63,275 nt of DNA, filler included, from Choristocarpus tenellus KU-1152 (GCA_964200185.2; 11 parts of 11 records of this genome joined end to end with filler, not necessarily neighbours in it), one strand, 5' to 3'. Shown: positions 11,413 to 24,500, counted from the whole stretch's first letter. Notes: generated by a model from the letters alone, not told the origin. A program made the numbers and translations.

Positions 11413-13711
11413 AACCTAGTGAGTGTAACAAAGACGTGGTCACTAGAGCACAAAATATATATTTAGTCTCGAGCTCGCGAAAAATGAGATTATCTAAATA
11501 CAGCTCTGTGGTGTAGAGGCACTGGTTCGGATTAATGAGTCCATTCGGTTGGAATATGTCCAAGATCATTGCCTAATGTAGTATCGTCAAACGACGAACC
11601 TCGTACAAGGAATAGAGAATGTAGGTGGGACCTCGAGCTACAAAGCATATTTCAATATTATACATATGGTGGAGATGAAGTAGATCATTGTTCACCTTTG
11701 GTCGTAACTCTCACGGCCCTACGTCAGATCTAGGGCCGCGAAGCACAGTCGTCCCTGTTTGTGATTGCCATTCACAATCCAAAAGATCGCCTGCAAACTT
11801 ATTTGATACCGTTTAGGGGAGACCACCACGCGTAGTGCCACTCGCCGGTGTGGTATAAGCGTGATCAGATCATACACCCTCTGTATTCGGATGGATGAAT
11901 TTCTCAATGTCTGTGACCTCCTCTTGCTGCTTACGCCTTGGATTGGGCTGATAGTAGGTGGCCGGCCCTTTGCTGCAGTCCATTTTTGGCGAGTCAGGAT
12001 CACTTTTTAAAAACGCGTGGTGCAACTGAAAAAAGAAACGCAAGAGCGCCACAATTTACTTGTGTTCCTTGATCGAAAACGATAGAGTTTTAGAAAGATT
12101 TGAACATCCAAGATGTTCGTCTATGCTACATTCTACGTTCCCAATATGTTTCTCAAGTATGTCATCACAATATATAGGGTATTTACTACCGAATAGCGTA
12201 AGAACCATACCAAACTTTTGTTTTTATTTCGCAAATGCAAGTATCATCCTACGAATAATAAATTATACATCACTACGAACCCCTTACCTCTTGAGAATGT
12301 AAGTTTTCGCGCCCATACAACGTACCCATAATGACACGCCTTATTATCTGACAGGAATCAATTGGTTTAAGGCTTCCAGTAAATTTAGGTACACAAAAAC
12401 AGAAAGGGCAGAACCATACGCACACTTTTCACAGACATTTTGGTCCTCGTCTAGAGCTTGAGCGAGGACCAAAATTCAAGTATAATTTGTCTACTCTCTA
12501 CTCCCTTGCGATTTGAACCTTACCGTCGCCGTGGCCCTCTCAGGTTTGACTCATGACGCGTAGAGTCTGCTGGGGTCAGAAGATTGGACCAGCATGTCGC
12601 AATTGGGTTTGCTGTGGTGATGGTCATTCGATGAGAAGAGAAGAAACACGATGCAGGGAGATATACCATTTCGAATCGTGTTACTCTCCTCCTATTTGAA
12701 TCAGAAAAATTGATTATCACTTGCGATTTGAACCCCTCTGCAACTGTCACTTTCCAAGAGTTGACTCACTATGTTTGACGCCTATTGGGGGTTGGAATGA
12801 TGATGGACACCCACCCTTGTAGTTGAGTTTGAAGAGGAGCAGAAGGACACGACCCGGTGACAGATGTCATTTCGATAACATGATCTCTTTCACCGTATCG
12901 CGTCATTGTTGAGTTTCCTCCTCTTTAAAAGAGAGGTGACTATCACAGTTGCCATAATGTGTATCCCTCCACCTTGACCCATGCCGAGTCAGCTGAAGTA
13001 TAGTGTGCCACCCAAAGCCCATACAGCGCTCCCATTCACAGTTTTACTTTGGTTTTACACTCACGAAGATCTACCACGATTTTCTATCATTTTGTATCTA
13101 TCTGCTAGTCCTCTGACCCCAGTTTTCCTGAGGGAGCAATGAAAATGGTGGGTGGATTTAAGACGGTAATTGGGCAACTTGCAGTGTAAGATATGTGTGA
13201 AGTCCTGAATCCAGTTCACACGAGGCACAGGTGGGTCGAAAAGCTGAGTTACTTGCCCTCTGCAGCGGAATTAAGGGGAAGACTGTTTTTGGTGTAGAGA
13301 AGGAGGACCTGGAAGAAATGTCCCCGAAGAGGCAAAGAAGTTTAAAAGAACCCAGCGTTTTGTTAATGTGTCTCTAGCTCATGAAACTTACGCTTATACT
13401 GTCCTTGACCTTTGATCTTCGTGACTATTTTTGTCACCATCTGAACACATGAGGGGATAACATATATGCAACCCTTTGCTCTACTGGGTCAAATTGAAGT
13501 GCTTTGCCGTTAAGGACAAGGTGGTGATCATGCTGACACCTAGTCATCAGTGATGCAACCCAATGAAGCCCCACGATGCTTAGGGAACGTACATGGGGTG
13601 CAACACTTCAACAAACTTTATCATTATAACCTGTTCACGTGCCTCATCGTCAAAGGTCATAAGTTATGGTTTCCACATGATGCCTGGAACAGAAGTGACC
13701 ATGATCATAAT

Positions 13712-13971
13712 AGGTCAAACCAACTGAGAGGTAGGCAAGTTTGAATTTTGAGGATCCCAACAAAGGGAGGAAATAGGCCATTTTGCATAATTGAAGAAAG
13801 AGCCTTTGCTGAATTGTGGTGTTACATTGTGTGTGAAAGGAGAAATATAATTTTTGGATGTACTATTGAGTACATAAGGCAATTAAAACAGTGTGCATTG
13901 CACAGGGTAAGAAATATTGCTTAGAGTGTAAAAGGGTTTAAAACCTGCTTATGTCTTGATTGGGTTGACTC
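13712..13971. mobile_element. MITE family C, copy 1 (~260 bp)
   Basis: Alignable along its length to 23578-23842. Imperfect TIRs aggtcaaaccaactgagagg / cttgattgggttgactc; flanks taat/tgat. Confidence 0.7.
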
Positions 13972-14700
13972 TGATTATAATGCTCTCTGCCCTCTGCCCT
14001 GTTGGTGTACATGGTGAAAGAGGGAAAAAATGTATGGGGAATGCTATGTGGTATCTTCAGAGTAATATATGTATATACCCCCTCTGAATTGAAATTACAC
14101 TATCAGCCTGCCTTGGAGGAGCTAAATCACGTTGCATAGAAATATGTAATGTAGGAGAGGTAACCGCATTGTGTGGTGGTAGGGTAATGTGGGACTAGGA
14201 TATGAAGAGAAGGAATCCTTGTCCCTCACCTCAGCAAATGGATAATGTGTATGATTGTGACCCCTGTGACCAAGATGCTGTCGTTACTGTTACATTAACA
14301 TTCTCATTGTTCTTTCCCCCCTCATACAGAGTAAAGAAAGCTGTAGAGGATTTGTCCTGAGAACACAACTGAATCAGTGAAGACTGAATACAGAGTTGGA
14401 GAACAAATTTAGATTGCTGAAAGTGTGTGATAAGAATAAAAATGTCAGCTAACTCAACAAGGATCAAGCGTCCCTCGTCTGCTTCTGTGTGCATTCACAG
14501 GGGCACATGAGTGGGTTGTTAACTTCCACTTCATAAATCCATTCATTCATCAATCTATTTGCAACATCATCAAAGTTATCGATTTAACCAAGACACTATT
14601 TCATAGCTAACAGTGGGTTTAATAGCTTTCTAGCCAACTTTTTCGTTATCTTAGTGAATTATGCGTAGTATCTACGTTTACTGACGAATACTGGTGTCCT

Positions 14701-14954
14701 GAGTAAAATTATCTTAGAAGGTAGGGCTGCGTCCATTTGGGGTCAAGATCCGATGTAGCGATCTGATGCACTTTTGGCTAGCGTTTTTGTAAGGAAGTAT
14801 CAATATCTATGTTTTGGACTCACCTTTTCAAGACGTATACATTTTGCCTACTCCTACACAGTTTGGAGTAGGAAAATGTCATTAAAAAAAATGGGAAGCC
14901 AAGCCCCAAATGGACAAATAGGGAAAAACTCGTACCCTCTAAGCTACTTTACTC
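14701..14954 (-). mobile_element. MITE family A copy
   Basis: TIR gagtaaaattatcttagaagg...ccctctaagctactttactc; 4-bp TSD TCCT/TCCT. Confidence 0.9.
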
Positions 14955-14959
14955 TCCTT

Positions 14960-15960
14960 CGGCTCCACCACCGCACTCCTCATCACACACCTTGGTCATA
15001 TTGGCAGTTGACCCGTCAATGAGACCATGCTCATGACCATCGTAACCTGGTAACATAATATTAACTTTCCATTTTTCCATCAAGCATCGCCATTGATGAT
15101 GGATAAAACCTGATGCATCCATCAGGTTTGTCAAACCCGATCAAGGCTGCATCCAGCAAAGGAGTGTCTGCAAGGCAACCTACAATAGAGAAGCTGCAAG
15201 CAGGAGAAAAGGTAAAAAAGCTTCCTGCCCCCCCAACACAACAATATGCCCAGAATTTGTCAGCATGAAGAAAACTTTTGCAAACACATGAAGAGGTACA
15301 TTCTGGACAAGGTCAGCAAAGGCCGCAAGAGATGTTACGGCGTACATGAGAGTCGTGGTTTACATCTCATGCAGCTCCACAACACACATTTGCAAAAAAA
15401 AACAATTTTTGCAAATGTTTGTCAACATCCTTAAAATGCCACTCTGGGCACCTCGAGTAAATTTCATCCAGAGCCAATACCTTCGACTCATAGAACAGAG
15501 TGCACCTAACACTGCTTCAGCTCACTGGATATAGCAAGGACCCATGGAAGTAGTGATAATATGAGCTGGTACAGGATGAAGTTCGTTAAAGGAAAGAATG
15601 ATTCCCTCGACTAGGAATCCTCTCGACAAAATCGGACCACCTTGATGGAGAAGGAACTTGACTGGACATTGCTGTAAGTTTTCATCACATTGTCGACTTT
15701 CGCCATACGGTTATCTAGTTCGTATGCTGCAGGTCGTGTCCAGATTTAACTGCGTTGAGCGTGCAACAGTGGAAGTAGACGAAAGTTTTATGGGGGAAAT
15801 CCATTATATGTCGTGTCATTGGACAATAATTTTTGAGCAAATTATTGTAAATATCTACCATGGCAAGCTTATTTTTTCAACTGTACTCACCTGAAAATTT
15901 ACTCAGCCCTGTACTTCTCACATGCAGTACCACAGACGATTGTATTGGCCTTTTCCCGAC
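14960..15960 (-). mobile_element. degenerate Mutator-like (MULE) transposase relic with SWIM finger
   Basis: Minus-strand fragments TSSCVCKSFLH (~15290) and RLPCRHSFA (~15165) form a CxC...CxH SWIM motif, followed by FIHHQWR, like the I..RW after SWIM in MULE/FAR1 proteins. Stops and frameshifts are present. Confidence 0.45.
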
Positions 15961-16168
15961 ATGCAAAAAAGGACTATAATGCAATAGATGAAGGAATGAC
16001 GAGGTGAGTGGTAAAAGGTCATGCTTCAAATGGTTGAGGAATGCTAGACCCAAAGTATCTTGGGGGGGNNNNNNNNNNNNNNNNNNNNNNNNNNNNNNNN
16101 NNNNNNNNNNNNTTAATTAATTAANNNNNNNNNNNNNNNNNNNNNNNNNNNNNNNNNNNNNNNNNNNN

Positions 16169-16246
16169 CGTTGGTTTGTGAGGGGGCGTCCGGACCGAAA
16201 CGGACGCCCCCTCACAAACCAACGCCCCCCCCAGATACTTTGACTC
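16169..16246. mobile_element. near-palindromic short member of MITE family B (left end lost at contig start)
   Basis: Perfect 24-bp inverted repeat cgttggtttgtgagggggcgtccg / cggacgccccctcacaaaccaacg with an 8-nt loop, then the family TIR cccagatactttgactc. Confidence 0.75.
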
Positions 16247-16689
16247 AGCCACCGTCCTCGTATGATTTATTTTGGACTGAAATGTATTTAGGGATCTACG
16301 CTTGGCGCTTGAGTGGGTGTAGACTATGCTATTATGACTCAGGAAAGTTGCCGTTGGGCTCAATGCTTGGAGCCTAGGTGGTTGCCGCCGCTTGGTTTGA
16401 ATGTGGAAGAGAGGTCATCTGTTGTGGAAATCTCGACTTGTACTGAAGAGGGTGGTGTGGAGTACGAGATGCTTGTGCGTCAACGTATTTCTGGTAAGGT
16501 TTCTGCCAATTGCTCTGTGGTTCGATCAACGCAAAGAGGGGAGGAAAAAGGATTGGGGCATTGCAGTAAAAGCAATAGAGGATGGTGGCAGAACGCTGTA
16601 ATGAGGATGAAATCTGGGTTGCCACCCGACCAATAAGAACATGCGTATGAGGACACATAAACACAACTCTTCGGAAGAATAATAAATTC

Positions 16690-18640
16690 AATGTACCAAA
16701 TGCACAAGTCCGTTGATTTAGAGAACGTCCGATCTCTCCACCACAACATGTCTGTCGAGGTATGTGTCGGACTGGCGAAGTAGAGGGTGACTCACGAATA
16801 GGAATTGGCCTATATTGTTCTTCAAAGCCGTGTCTGTCGTCAGTATGGTGGTAGTGTAGGACTTGTTCAGATCCAGCCCCGTGTGGAGGAGCGTCTTGGT
16901 CAATACTGTAGTGTTGGACAAGAAGTTGCATATTTCGCATGTCGCCATTCTCCCATTTGACCTCGTAGGGGTAGCTGACTCGCTCCTCTCTAATATTCAC
17001 CGTGTAGTGGGGCTGGTGCTTGGTCACGGTCCCTCGCATCCGCTGATCGTCTCATCTGAAGTATAGTCCCCTGCCCTTGACTCTGGCATTGAGTGTTTCA
17101 CCCTCATCTGAATCCGGCACATAACTCAGTGTCGGTTCCAGGAGTATATATTTCTATGCATCCTTGTCCATGTCCCTACGCTTCCGCCGATGTTCAACAA
17201 TGGACCGACTGCGTTGTCTGACACACAGGGCTGCCGCCTCGTCACTATCCCTCTTGTTCTTCTCTCGAAGTTGGTTGACACCCTCCTTGATCTCGTCCTC
17301 TGTCATGTACGAACCCAGTTGAGGGGGTGAAGATTTTTCGCCATCGTCCAGGAGGTAGGATACTGAGTACATGTACGCCCCTGAACCATCTACGTGAACA
17401 TCGCTGACCTTCCCCTGTATGATGGCCCCCCCACTCGCGTGTAGGATGAAGCTGGTTCCTCGACCGAACCTGGCATCGGATGTGCCCCCAAGTCTGAGTT
17501 GCCTAGAGAAGGGAGCAGGCATCCCACCGAGAGATGGCCGGTTGGATTCCGAGGTGAACCTCTGGTATTGACCAGGCAGGATTGTGAATGTGTTGTCCAG
17601 GTGGTTGTGGTCGATGTCTGTGAAATCTGGGATGATGATAGCCTGAAGGGGCACGACGCGGGGACCCGCTTGTGCGTCCTGCATCACCACAAACAAGTTC
17701 GTTGCAGGGGCTGTGTTGGTGTGTAGGACTATTGGAATGTGTTTGCACGTGGTGGCCTGGTTTGGTTGTATAGGGGTGTTGTTTTTTGACTTTCTTGAGA
17801 AACGGATAGCTTTATGTACGATAGAGGATACACTTAGGGAGCGGAATGAACGAATGGGATGCGCTTATTTGCCCTATGTAAGCTGTGAAATATTATGCGA
17901 AAGGTGTCAGTGGCGGTGGCAGATCGGGAGAACAAAATGAAATTGATTTGGATGTCAGGATTGGACGTTATTGGAGGAATCCATGTTGGTTAAAGGGACA
18001 TAAGGGGATATGTGACACCTGAATATGGACAGGTGGAATCATTCGTGTGGGGCATTGTTCCCTTAGAAGCTATTAGAAGCATTACTCACCTTGTCCGTCT
18101 GTGACATGTGAATAGTTGGAATTCCATCAACGAAGCTAGCACTCAGCACCTCGAAGTCTTCAGTGACAAAGACGACCTCATCTCCAGCACTGAGCATCCC
18201 TCCGTAACTGGAGTGGTGTCTGGCATTCCATTGAATCGTATCCTTGCGGTGGGCAGTGAATGGCAAGAACTCTATACCATTGTACTCCGATGGCTGCGTC
18301 CGCACAATGCATATGTTCCCCTCGTCGAGCTGTCTCTTCTTCCTCGACAGCTGACTTCTCAGATATATATCACCCGTTACCGCTTCCGTGGAAAATCTGA
18401 GGTCTATCTCCTCAAGCGGGGGCACGTGGGTTAATTGTCACCTGCATTGGGCCAGGTTGCCGACGGAACAGTTCGTTCCGTAGCACGACAGTTCTGTTTT
18501 GATCAATATACGGGAGTCTCTGGGGGTGAGCCGACCAGTGAAGAACCTGTGCATGGACTTGATTCTACTCTGGTTTGGGGCATGTGGGTTGTGTCATCTC
18601 GCACGGTCGATCTTGTAAGATGGGAGGTGGACTATCTCCT
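16690..18640 (-). pseudogene. multi-exon pseudogene with tandem Tudor-like modules
   Basis: ORFs 17154-17696 and 16374-17039 are the same frame, separated only by a TAG and a TGA. Read through they give VKGRGLYFR*DDQRMRGTVTKH...YPYEVKWENGD, and upstream FGRGTSF..GKVSDV..YMYSVSYLLDDG. The exon at ~18090-18640 has two more TGA stops; there is a frameshift near 16870. Confidence 0.6.
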
Positions 18641-18653
18641 GTGTATGGAACGC

Positions 18654-18912
18654 GAGTGAAAGTATCTTAGAGGGTAGGAGTTTTGCCCTGTTCGTCCATT
18701 TTGGGCTTTGGTTCCCAAGGGTTTTTTATGGCATTTTCCTACTCCAAAATGTTTAGGAGTAGGTTAAAGGTATACATTATGAAAAGGTGTGTCCAAAAAA
18801 TAGATATTGACACTTCCTAACAAACACGATAGTCAAAATTACATCAAACATCACAACATTGGAATTGAACCCCCAAATGGACGCGACTCTACCCTCTAAG
18901 GTACTTTGGCTC
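18654..18912 (+). mobile_element. MITE family A copy
   Basis: gagtgaaagtatcttagagggta...taccctctaaggtactttggctc; flanks ACGC/ACGT. Confidence 0.9.
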
Positions 18913-19059
18913 ACGTGTCGACGTATAGAAGTTTCGTATAGGTGTTACTGTGCTGTCTGCCGTCCCTGTCCGTCCAATCCTAAGGGTTGTGGTGATTGTG
19001 ACATGTGCGTATAAGGGGAGGGGTGGTACGTGTTGGAGTCAGTGTCTGCACTGAAGCAG

Positions 19060-20345
19060 TGTGCTGTGACCGATTCGATGTGATGACATTTTGTTTGGAG
19101 TGATATGTGCTACATATTGCTGTAACGAGTGTTTGGTAATGACGGATGGCAGTGTGTGATGAAACCCCAAACTTGGAGTTTTGTGTTAGTTTGCCGATTG
19201 GCAGACTTCTGAAAAATAGAGGGCGATGGTTGCAAGTGCGCACGGACTTTGTGCGGTCTATTAAGAAGTGCATATGAGCGATCATCATGTGATTCGTGGT
19301 GTCAACATGAAGGGAAGGCACGGATGTGACATAATGGGTCGACGAAATACATTGCCTTGGCGGAATATATGGGTTAGGAAGGGGCGGGAGGGTGCAGAGT
19401 GTCGTGAGTTGCAAACAGGGATTAATTATTGTGAGTGGGGAAAGTCATACACGTGGTATATGTGTTAACTTTTCCTGCAGCAAGCGATGGATATATGACC
19501 GACGTTGTTACGTGCAAGGAAACAATAACTAGGAGTTTGGGGTTAGTTTACCGATTGGCAGATTCATTGTAAATCGAGGGCGATGGTTGCAAGTATGCAC
19601 GGATGGCACGCGGTCGATAAATAAGTGCGTATGTGCGATTATCATGTGATTTGTGGTGTCGACATGAGGGAAGGTGCGGATATGACATAATGGGTCAACG
19701 ATATCTATTGCGAGTTTAGAGCGAAAGTATCTCAGAGGGTATGAGTTTTGCCCTGTTTGTCCATTTGGAGCTTGGCTTCCCATGCTTATTTTTTTGACAT
19801 TTTTGTACTCCAAAATGTTTCGGAGTAGGTAAAATGTATATGTTGCGAAAAGGTGAGTCTGAAACAAGGATATTGACACGTCCTAACAAACACAATATCC
19901 ACAATTACATCAAAACTGCAACATTGGATTTTGACCTCCAAATGGACATAGCTCTACCCTCTAAAGGTACTTTGACTATTTAGTGTATGGGTTATCAAGG
20001 GGCGGGGGGTGCAGACTGATGCGAGTGGCAAGGAGGGATCAGGTCCAGGGGGTGGGGATAATCATGCATGTAGTATATGTGGTATATATTCCTGCAACAA
20101 GCGATGGGTATATGGTCGATGTGTTGACACTGGAAAGAATAGAGGAACTTGGAATTTTGCGCGAGTTTACCAATTGGCAGACTTGTACAAAATAGGCGGC
20201 GATAGTTGTAAGTGTGTATAGACTATCTGTACAGTCATTTCGTAAGTGCGTATGTGATATCTTGACACTGCACATCGTGTTGGCGTGAAGGGAGTGCCGA
20301 ATGTGACATAAGTTCGAACGGTACGTGTTGAGTGTTTGTTGCATA
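19060..20345. repeat. old tandem triplication, ~360-bp period
   Basis: Homologous blocks (ggagtttt..tt(a/g)ccgattggcaga..ggcgatggttgcaagt..tgacataa) start at ~19175, ~19531 and ~20150. The period is ~356, and ~360 after removing the MITE at 19719-19978. Confidence 0.8.
19719..19978 (+). mobile_element. MITE family A copy
   Basis: gagcgaaagtatctcagagggta...ggtactttgacta; TSD TTTA/TTTA. Confidence 0.9.
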
Positions 20346-21592
20346 TGTGGGCAAGGGGTGTACGTATTGGGGTTGTCGCTAGTGGCAAACAGAGGCCGAA
20401 CTTTGTGAGTGGGGNNNNNNNNNNNNNNNNNNNNNNNNNNNNNNNNNNNNNNNNNNNNTTAATTAATTAANNNNNNNNNNNNNNNNNNNNNNNNNNNNNN
20501 NNNNNNNNNNNNNNGCGAGGGCGGGCCGCACTGCAAAGGCGGCCCTGGGAGTGAGGGACACGGGGGCGCCCTTCCTCCGGGGGGGGGGGTCGATGGGGGG
20601 GTTGCCATGCCGACGTTCTGACCCTCGACGTGCCCAGTTCTGGTCTCAAAATCCCCAAAAGACCCCTACATTGACGGCTTGAAGCACCTCGAGTTTGTAC
20701 CTGATGATCCTCGACCCTCACCTTTTCTGAAAGCTGATATTGTCAACCCGCTTCCATTCTGTGGCGTTATCGTCCGATTCGGCGCCGTTCTCGCTCGGCG
20801 AGCCCAGATGTTTCACAGCATAAACTTATGGCACAGACGTAGTGTTATTATATAATCCCATTTATTTTGACCAAAACATCATGATCAATGTCGAATATCA
20901 GTCAACTATAAATGCAAGTGTTGAAGCACAAAGCGCATAGTTGAATCACAAAAAATACAAGATATCGAAGTACAACTAATGCAAAGATAATTTGAACCCT
21001 TAACGTCGGAAAAATATAACAATTGTTCCACACCCATACCTTGAAACTTCTCACCAGAAAGAAGTATTATTTGATACAAAAAGAAGTAGCTCCACTCTCA
21101 TTCTTCGTTCGGTTCAATAATGTCAACCACCAAGTTTTAACCCATCACCAACAAGCATGTTGCTTATCACATCAAAAGTACACAATGCATTTTCTTGACA
21201 GAATCCAACATCCTCCTCCACACTAAGATTGGTTTTCGTCTATATAGTTGCATTCACCCGAAAAATACTAATAATATATGCCGAATCAACATTTATTTGA
21301 TGAGGTTTAGATCTCCTGTCAATTCAACAAAGAAAATATCGAGTTACTTTGCCCATTGTTTACTGTTCCCCTTAACGGCATCACAGGAGAGACCCCACTT
21401 TGATCATATCAGACAACGTTGTCCATTGACATCAGCTCCTAACTAGTCAACCTTTTTGTGGTATTGAAAGTGGTTCTTTTTGGGGCCGTTGTTGTGTTCC
21501 GTCCGTCCACCTACTCAAACCTCGTAACCACATCGCTCACTCGCAATCTTGCAAATTGCGTTGAGCCTACATAGCTTGCAACTGGCGTCAAC

Positions 21593-24500
21593 ATGAAGAT
21601 CAGTTATCTAGCCATACTTGGGCTCCTTAGCGCCAGTGCTAGGCACACTGTCTTGCAGCTTGAAGAAGATAAAAATTCCCATCACAGAGAACTGCGTGTA
21701 TCGGTGAGGATACCTAGTGCATATAAAAAAATATTTTTGACGAGCCATCCAATATTCAGGGTCACTACTGATAACTCTGTGAAGGATGTGATGCTTCTAT
21801 TCTTGGTACACTCCACATAGCACGTACCTCTTGTGGATATCTAATCAATACCAAAGGTCGTCTTTCCCTCTGAAACCCTGCACTTTCCCCCCTCGGTTCG
21901 GTGCTTCAATCACTCCTCGAAATTGCCTTCACTACTGCAAATCACAAGGACTACGACCATGCTAACCTTCAGGGTCAAAGTATCTGGGGGGGGGATGTCG
22001 GTGTTCGTTTTTCACCCTTTTTTCGATTTTCACTNNNNNNNAAAAAAAGAGTTGTTTGATCGAAACGGACGCCCCCTCACAAACCACCCTCCCCCCCCCA
22101 GATACTCTTACCCTTCATCGTCTGCTGACGGTGACTTAGTTTGCTTTGGCGCAGCACTATTCTGCTACTGATACTACGTGAAATTAGCAGAGGAGACCTG
22201 TATTGTGGTGAACTGAGTGGGGTAGAAAATCGCTAGCATCTAACAACCCATCATTAACCATTTGCGTGCTTTGTCAGCAGTAGGATCTAGGAGTTTGATA
22301 CAAATTTCGAACAAAGAGATGCGAATTACTGCTCTTCAGTGTCCTTGATGTAGAAATCTTGGTGGCATTGCAGAGAACTTCGTTTTAGTATATACAGATC
22401 TGACGAGCAACTGCAAAAAGTAGCCTCAACAGAAATAAGGAACGCTGGGTGTCTTCCAGTAATTTTCGTCAGCATTGCCTTGTGACTCGACACATTCCTT
22501 CAATGCCTCCAAGGGTTGGATCGCCGCGTATTGTTGATCTGCTGTCCACGTTCAGGGTTACAAGGAAAATGACGACAATAAGGATTGAAAGAGGAAGGAC
22601 AAGGACATCAACAAGCACTATGGCCGTGCGCTGTCGGTGAGAATGCCTCGGTTACGCCATGCATATATGATGGAAGTACATATGTTTACTTAATTGTGCT
22701 CCGAATCTATTGCACTACCAGCAGTAGTGATTTTTTATTAGGTTGAAGATAAAATGCATCTATTAATGTAAGACCATACATCCCTGGTGCTCTCCGCTTC
22801 CACTTTTAAACTATGTTATGCTTTCCTTTTGGACACTTTTGTGCAAAAACTATGTCAAATTAGTGCATTCCAATACTTCATTCATTTTCCCCATGCCCGT
22901 GTCGGTAAAGGCCTTGGCACTTTCCTCTTTCCTTGACCATATAATGTCTACTGTTGTATCTCAATACTTTGAATAGGACTACAAGGATGGGCCCTACAAG
23001 GACAAGAACGACGACAAGTACCATGCCCGTGCCTTGTCTATGAAGTTGCTTGCTAAGGTCGCTTTAAATTCATCAGAACACGAGATCTATTCGATTGTAC
23101 GCTAAGTAAAGCGTCACTCTTGTAGTACCTCTGTGTCTAGCGTGGTGGAGGTCATACTGCTTCTTTTGATGGTACTTCATATCATTTCCCTCTTACGATA
23201 ACCCCAAACACACCCTCTCTGCTGGAACCCTGCATTTCTCTGGTCGGTTCGATGTTGCATCTCCCTGCTGGAAACCGCCCGAATTGCTGCAAATTGAAAG
23301 GACCATGATGAACCGGTGAGCATGGTTGAGTACATTGTTTTTCTACTGTAATAGTAGGAGTATTTTACAACGCCTGGAGTGCTCACTGAGTGCAGAGTAT
23401 AATATCACCCGCCCAAACCATAATGGTGTGGTCATGTTGCTTCTCTACTAATGTCAAGCTTTCACACCATGTCCCTCTTGCGGTATCTAACCCCAAACGT
23501 CAAACATTCTGTTGGAACCCTGTACTTTCAACACTTTGACGTTTTCACCCAACTCAAAGTAGGATGGAGGTTATGTTGAGCCAATCCAATTGAGAGGTAG
23601 GCAAGGTTGCACTTTAAGGATCCCAAGAAAGGTTAAAAAAAACTATATTTTGTACTGTCGCAGATAGAGCATTTACTGAATTGTGTGGTGTCACTTTGCG
23701 TGTGGAGAAAGAGGAAATATCATTTTTGAGTACATTATTGTTCCCGTAGAGGAGCTAAATTAGAGTGTAATTGCACTGGGCAAAAGGATGATTTAGAATG
23801 CAAAAGGATTCAAACCTGCGTATCCCTCAATTGGTGTGGCTCTGTTATCTCTAGCCACGTCCCTCTTGCGATATCCAATACCAAACATGACCGTATCCAT
23901 TGGTTGAACTCTACACTTTCTCCACTTTACTCGTTTCTTCTATACCTGATAAAACTTGCATAAACTGCTACTATTACCAGGAATACGACCATGAAGACCA
24001 TGATCGTCTACTGAGGGTGACTTTGCTCTGAGCGAAAGTATCTTAGAGGGTACGAGTTTTTCCCTGTTTGTCCATTTGGGCCTTGGCTTCCCTCGGGGTT
24101 CTTATGACATTTTCCTACTTCCTAATATTTCGGAGTAGGTAAAATGTATACGTTATTAAAAGGTGTGTCCGGAACAAGGATATTGACATTTCCTAACAAA
24201 CACGATAGCCAAAATTACATCGAAATCGCAACATTGGATTTTGGCTCCCAAATGGACGCAGCTCTACCCTAAGATACTTTGGCTCTCTGAAGTATTATTT
24301 AACTAATTAGCCCATGAAAATATGTATTCTGGAGTATAGTGCGTAGAGTATGGTACTAACTCGAAAAATGTTCTCTTGAATTTGCCAAGCAACTTAAGCA
24401 GGTAGCCCTCTGTAGCATGAAGTAAGACATGAATGCGTTGCGTGTATAGATACGTAGAGTGGTTGAGTTTGCGAAATATCTGTGTAGAAAGAAGGTCTTG

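Noticed and set aside
12500-12740. tRNA or SINE suggested by the minus-strand GGTTCAAATC B-box-like motif
   Set aside because: No cloverleaf or properly spaced A box could be built.
17040-18620. Variant genetic code (TGA=Trp) explaining the in-frame TGAs
   Set aside because: The same gene also has a TAG stop and a frameshift, and GLYK and ATG5 in this window end at TGA. Pseudogenisation is simpler.
20720-20825. Minus-strand exon-like segment (YAVKHLGSPSENGAESDDNATEWKRVDNISFQK|gt)
   Set aside because: Plausible exon, but I could not link it to a start or to any known protein, so it is not listed as a feature.
22977-23020. FLAG-tag-like DYKD...DDK sequence suggesting vector contamination
   Set aside because: It is not the exact DYKDDDDK tag, and it sits among diverged paralogous exons with natural splice sites.
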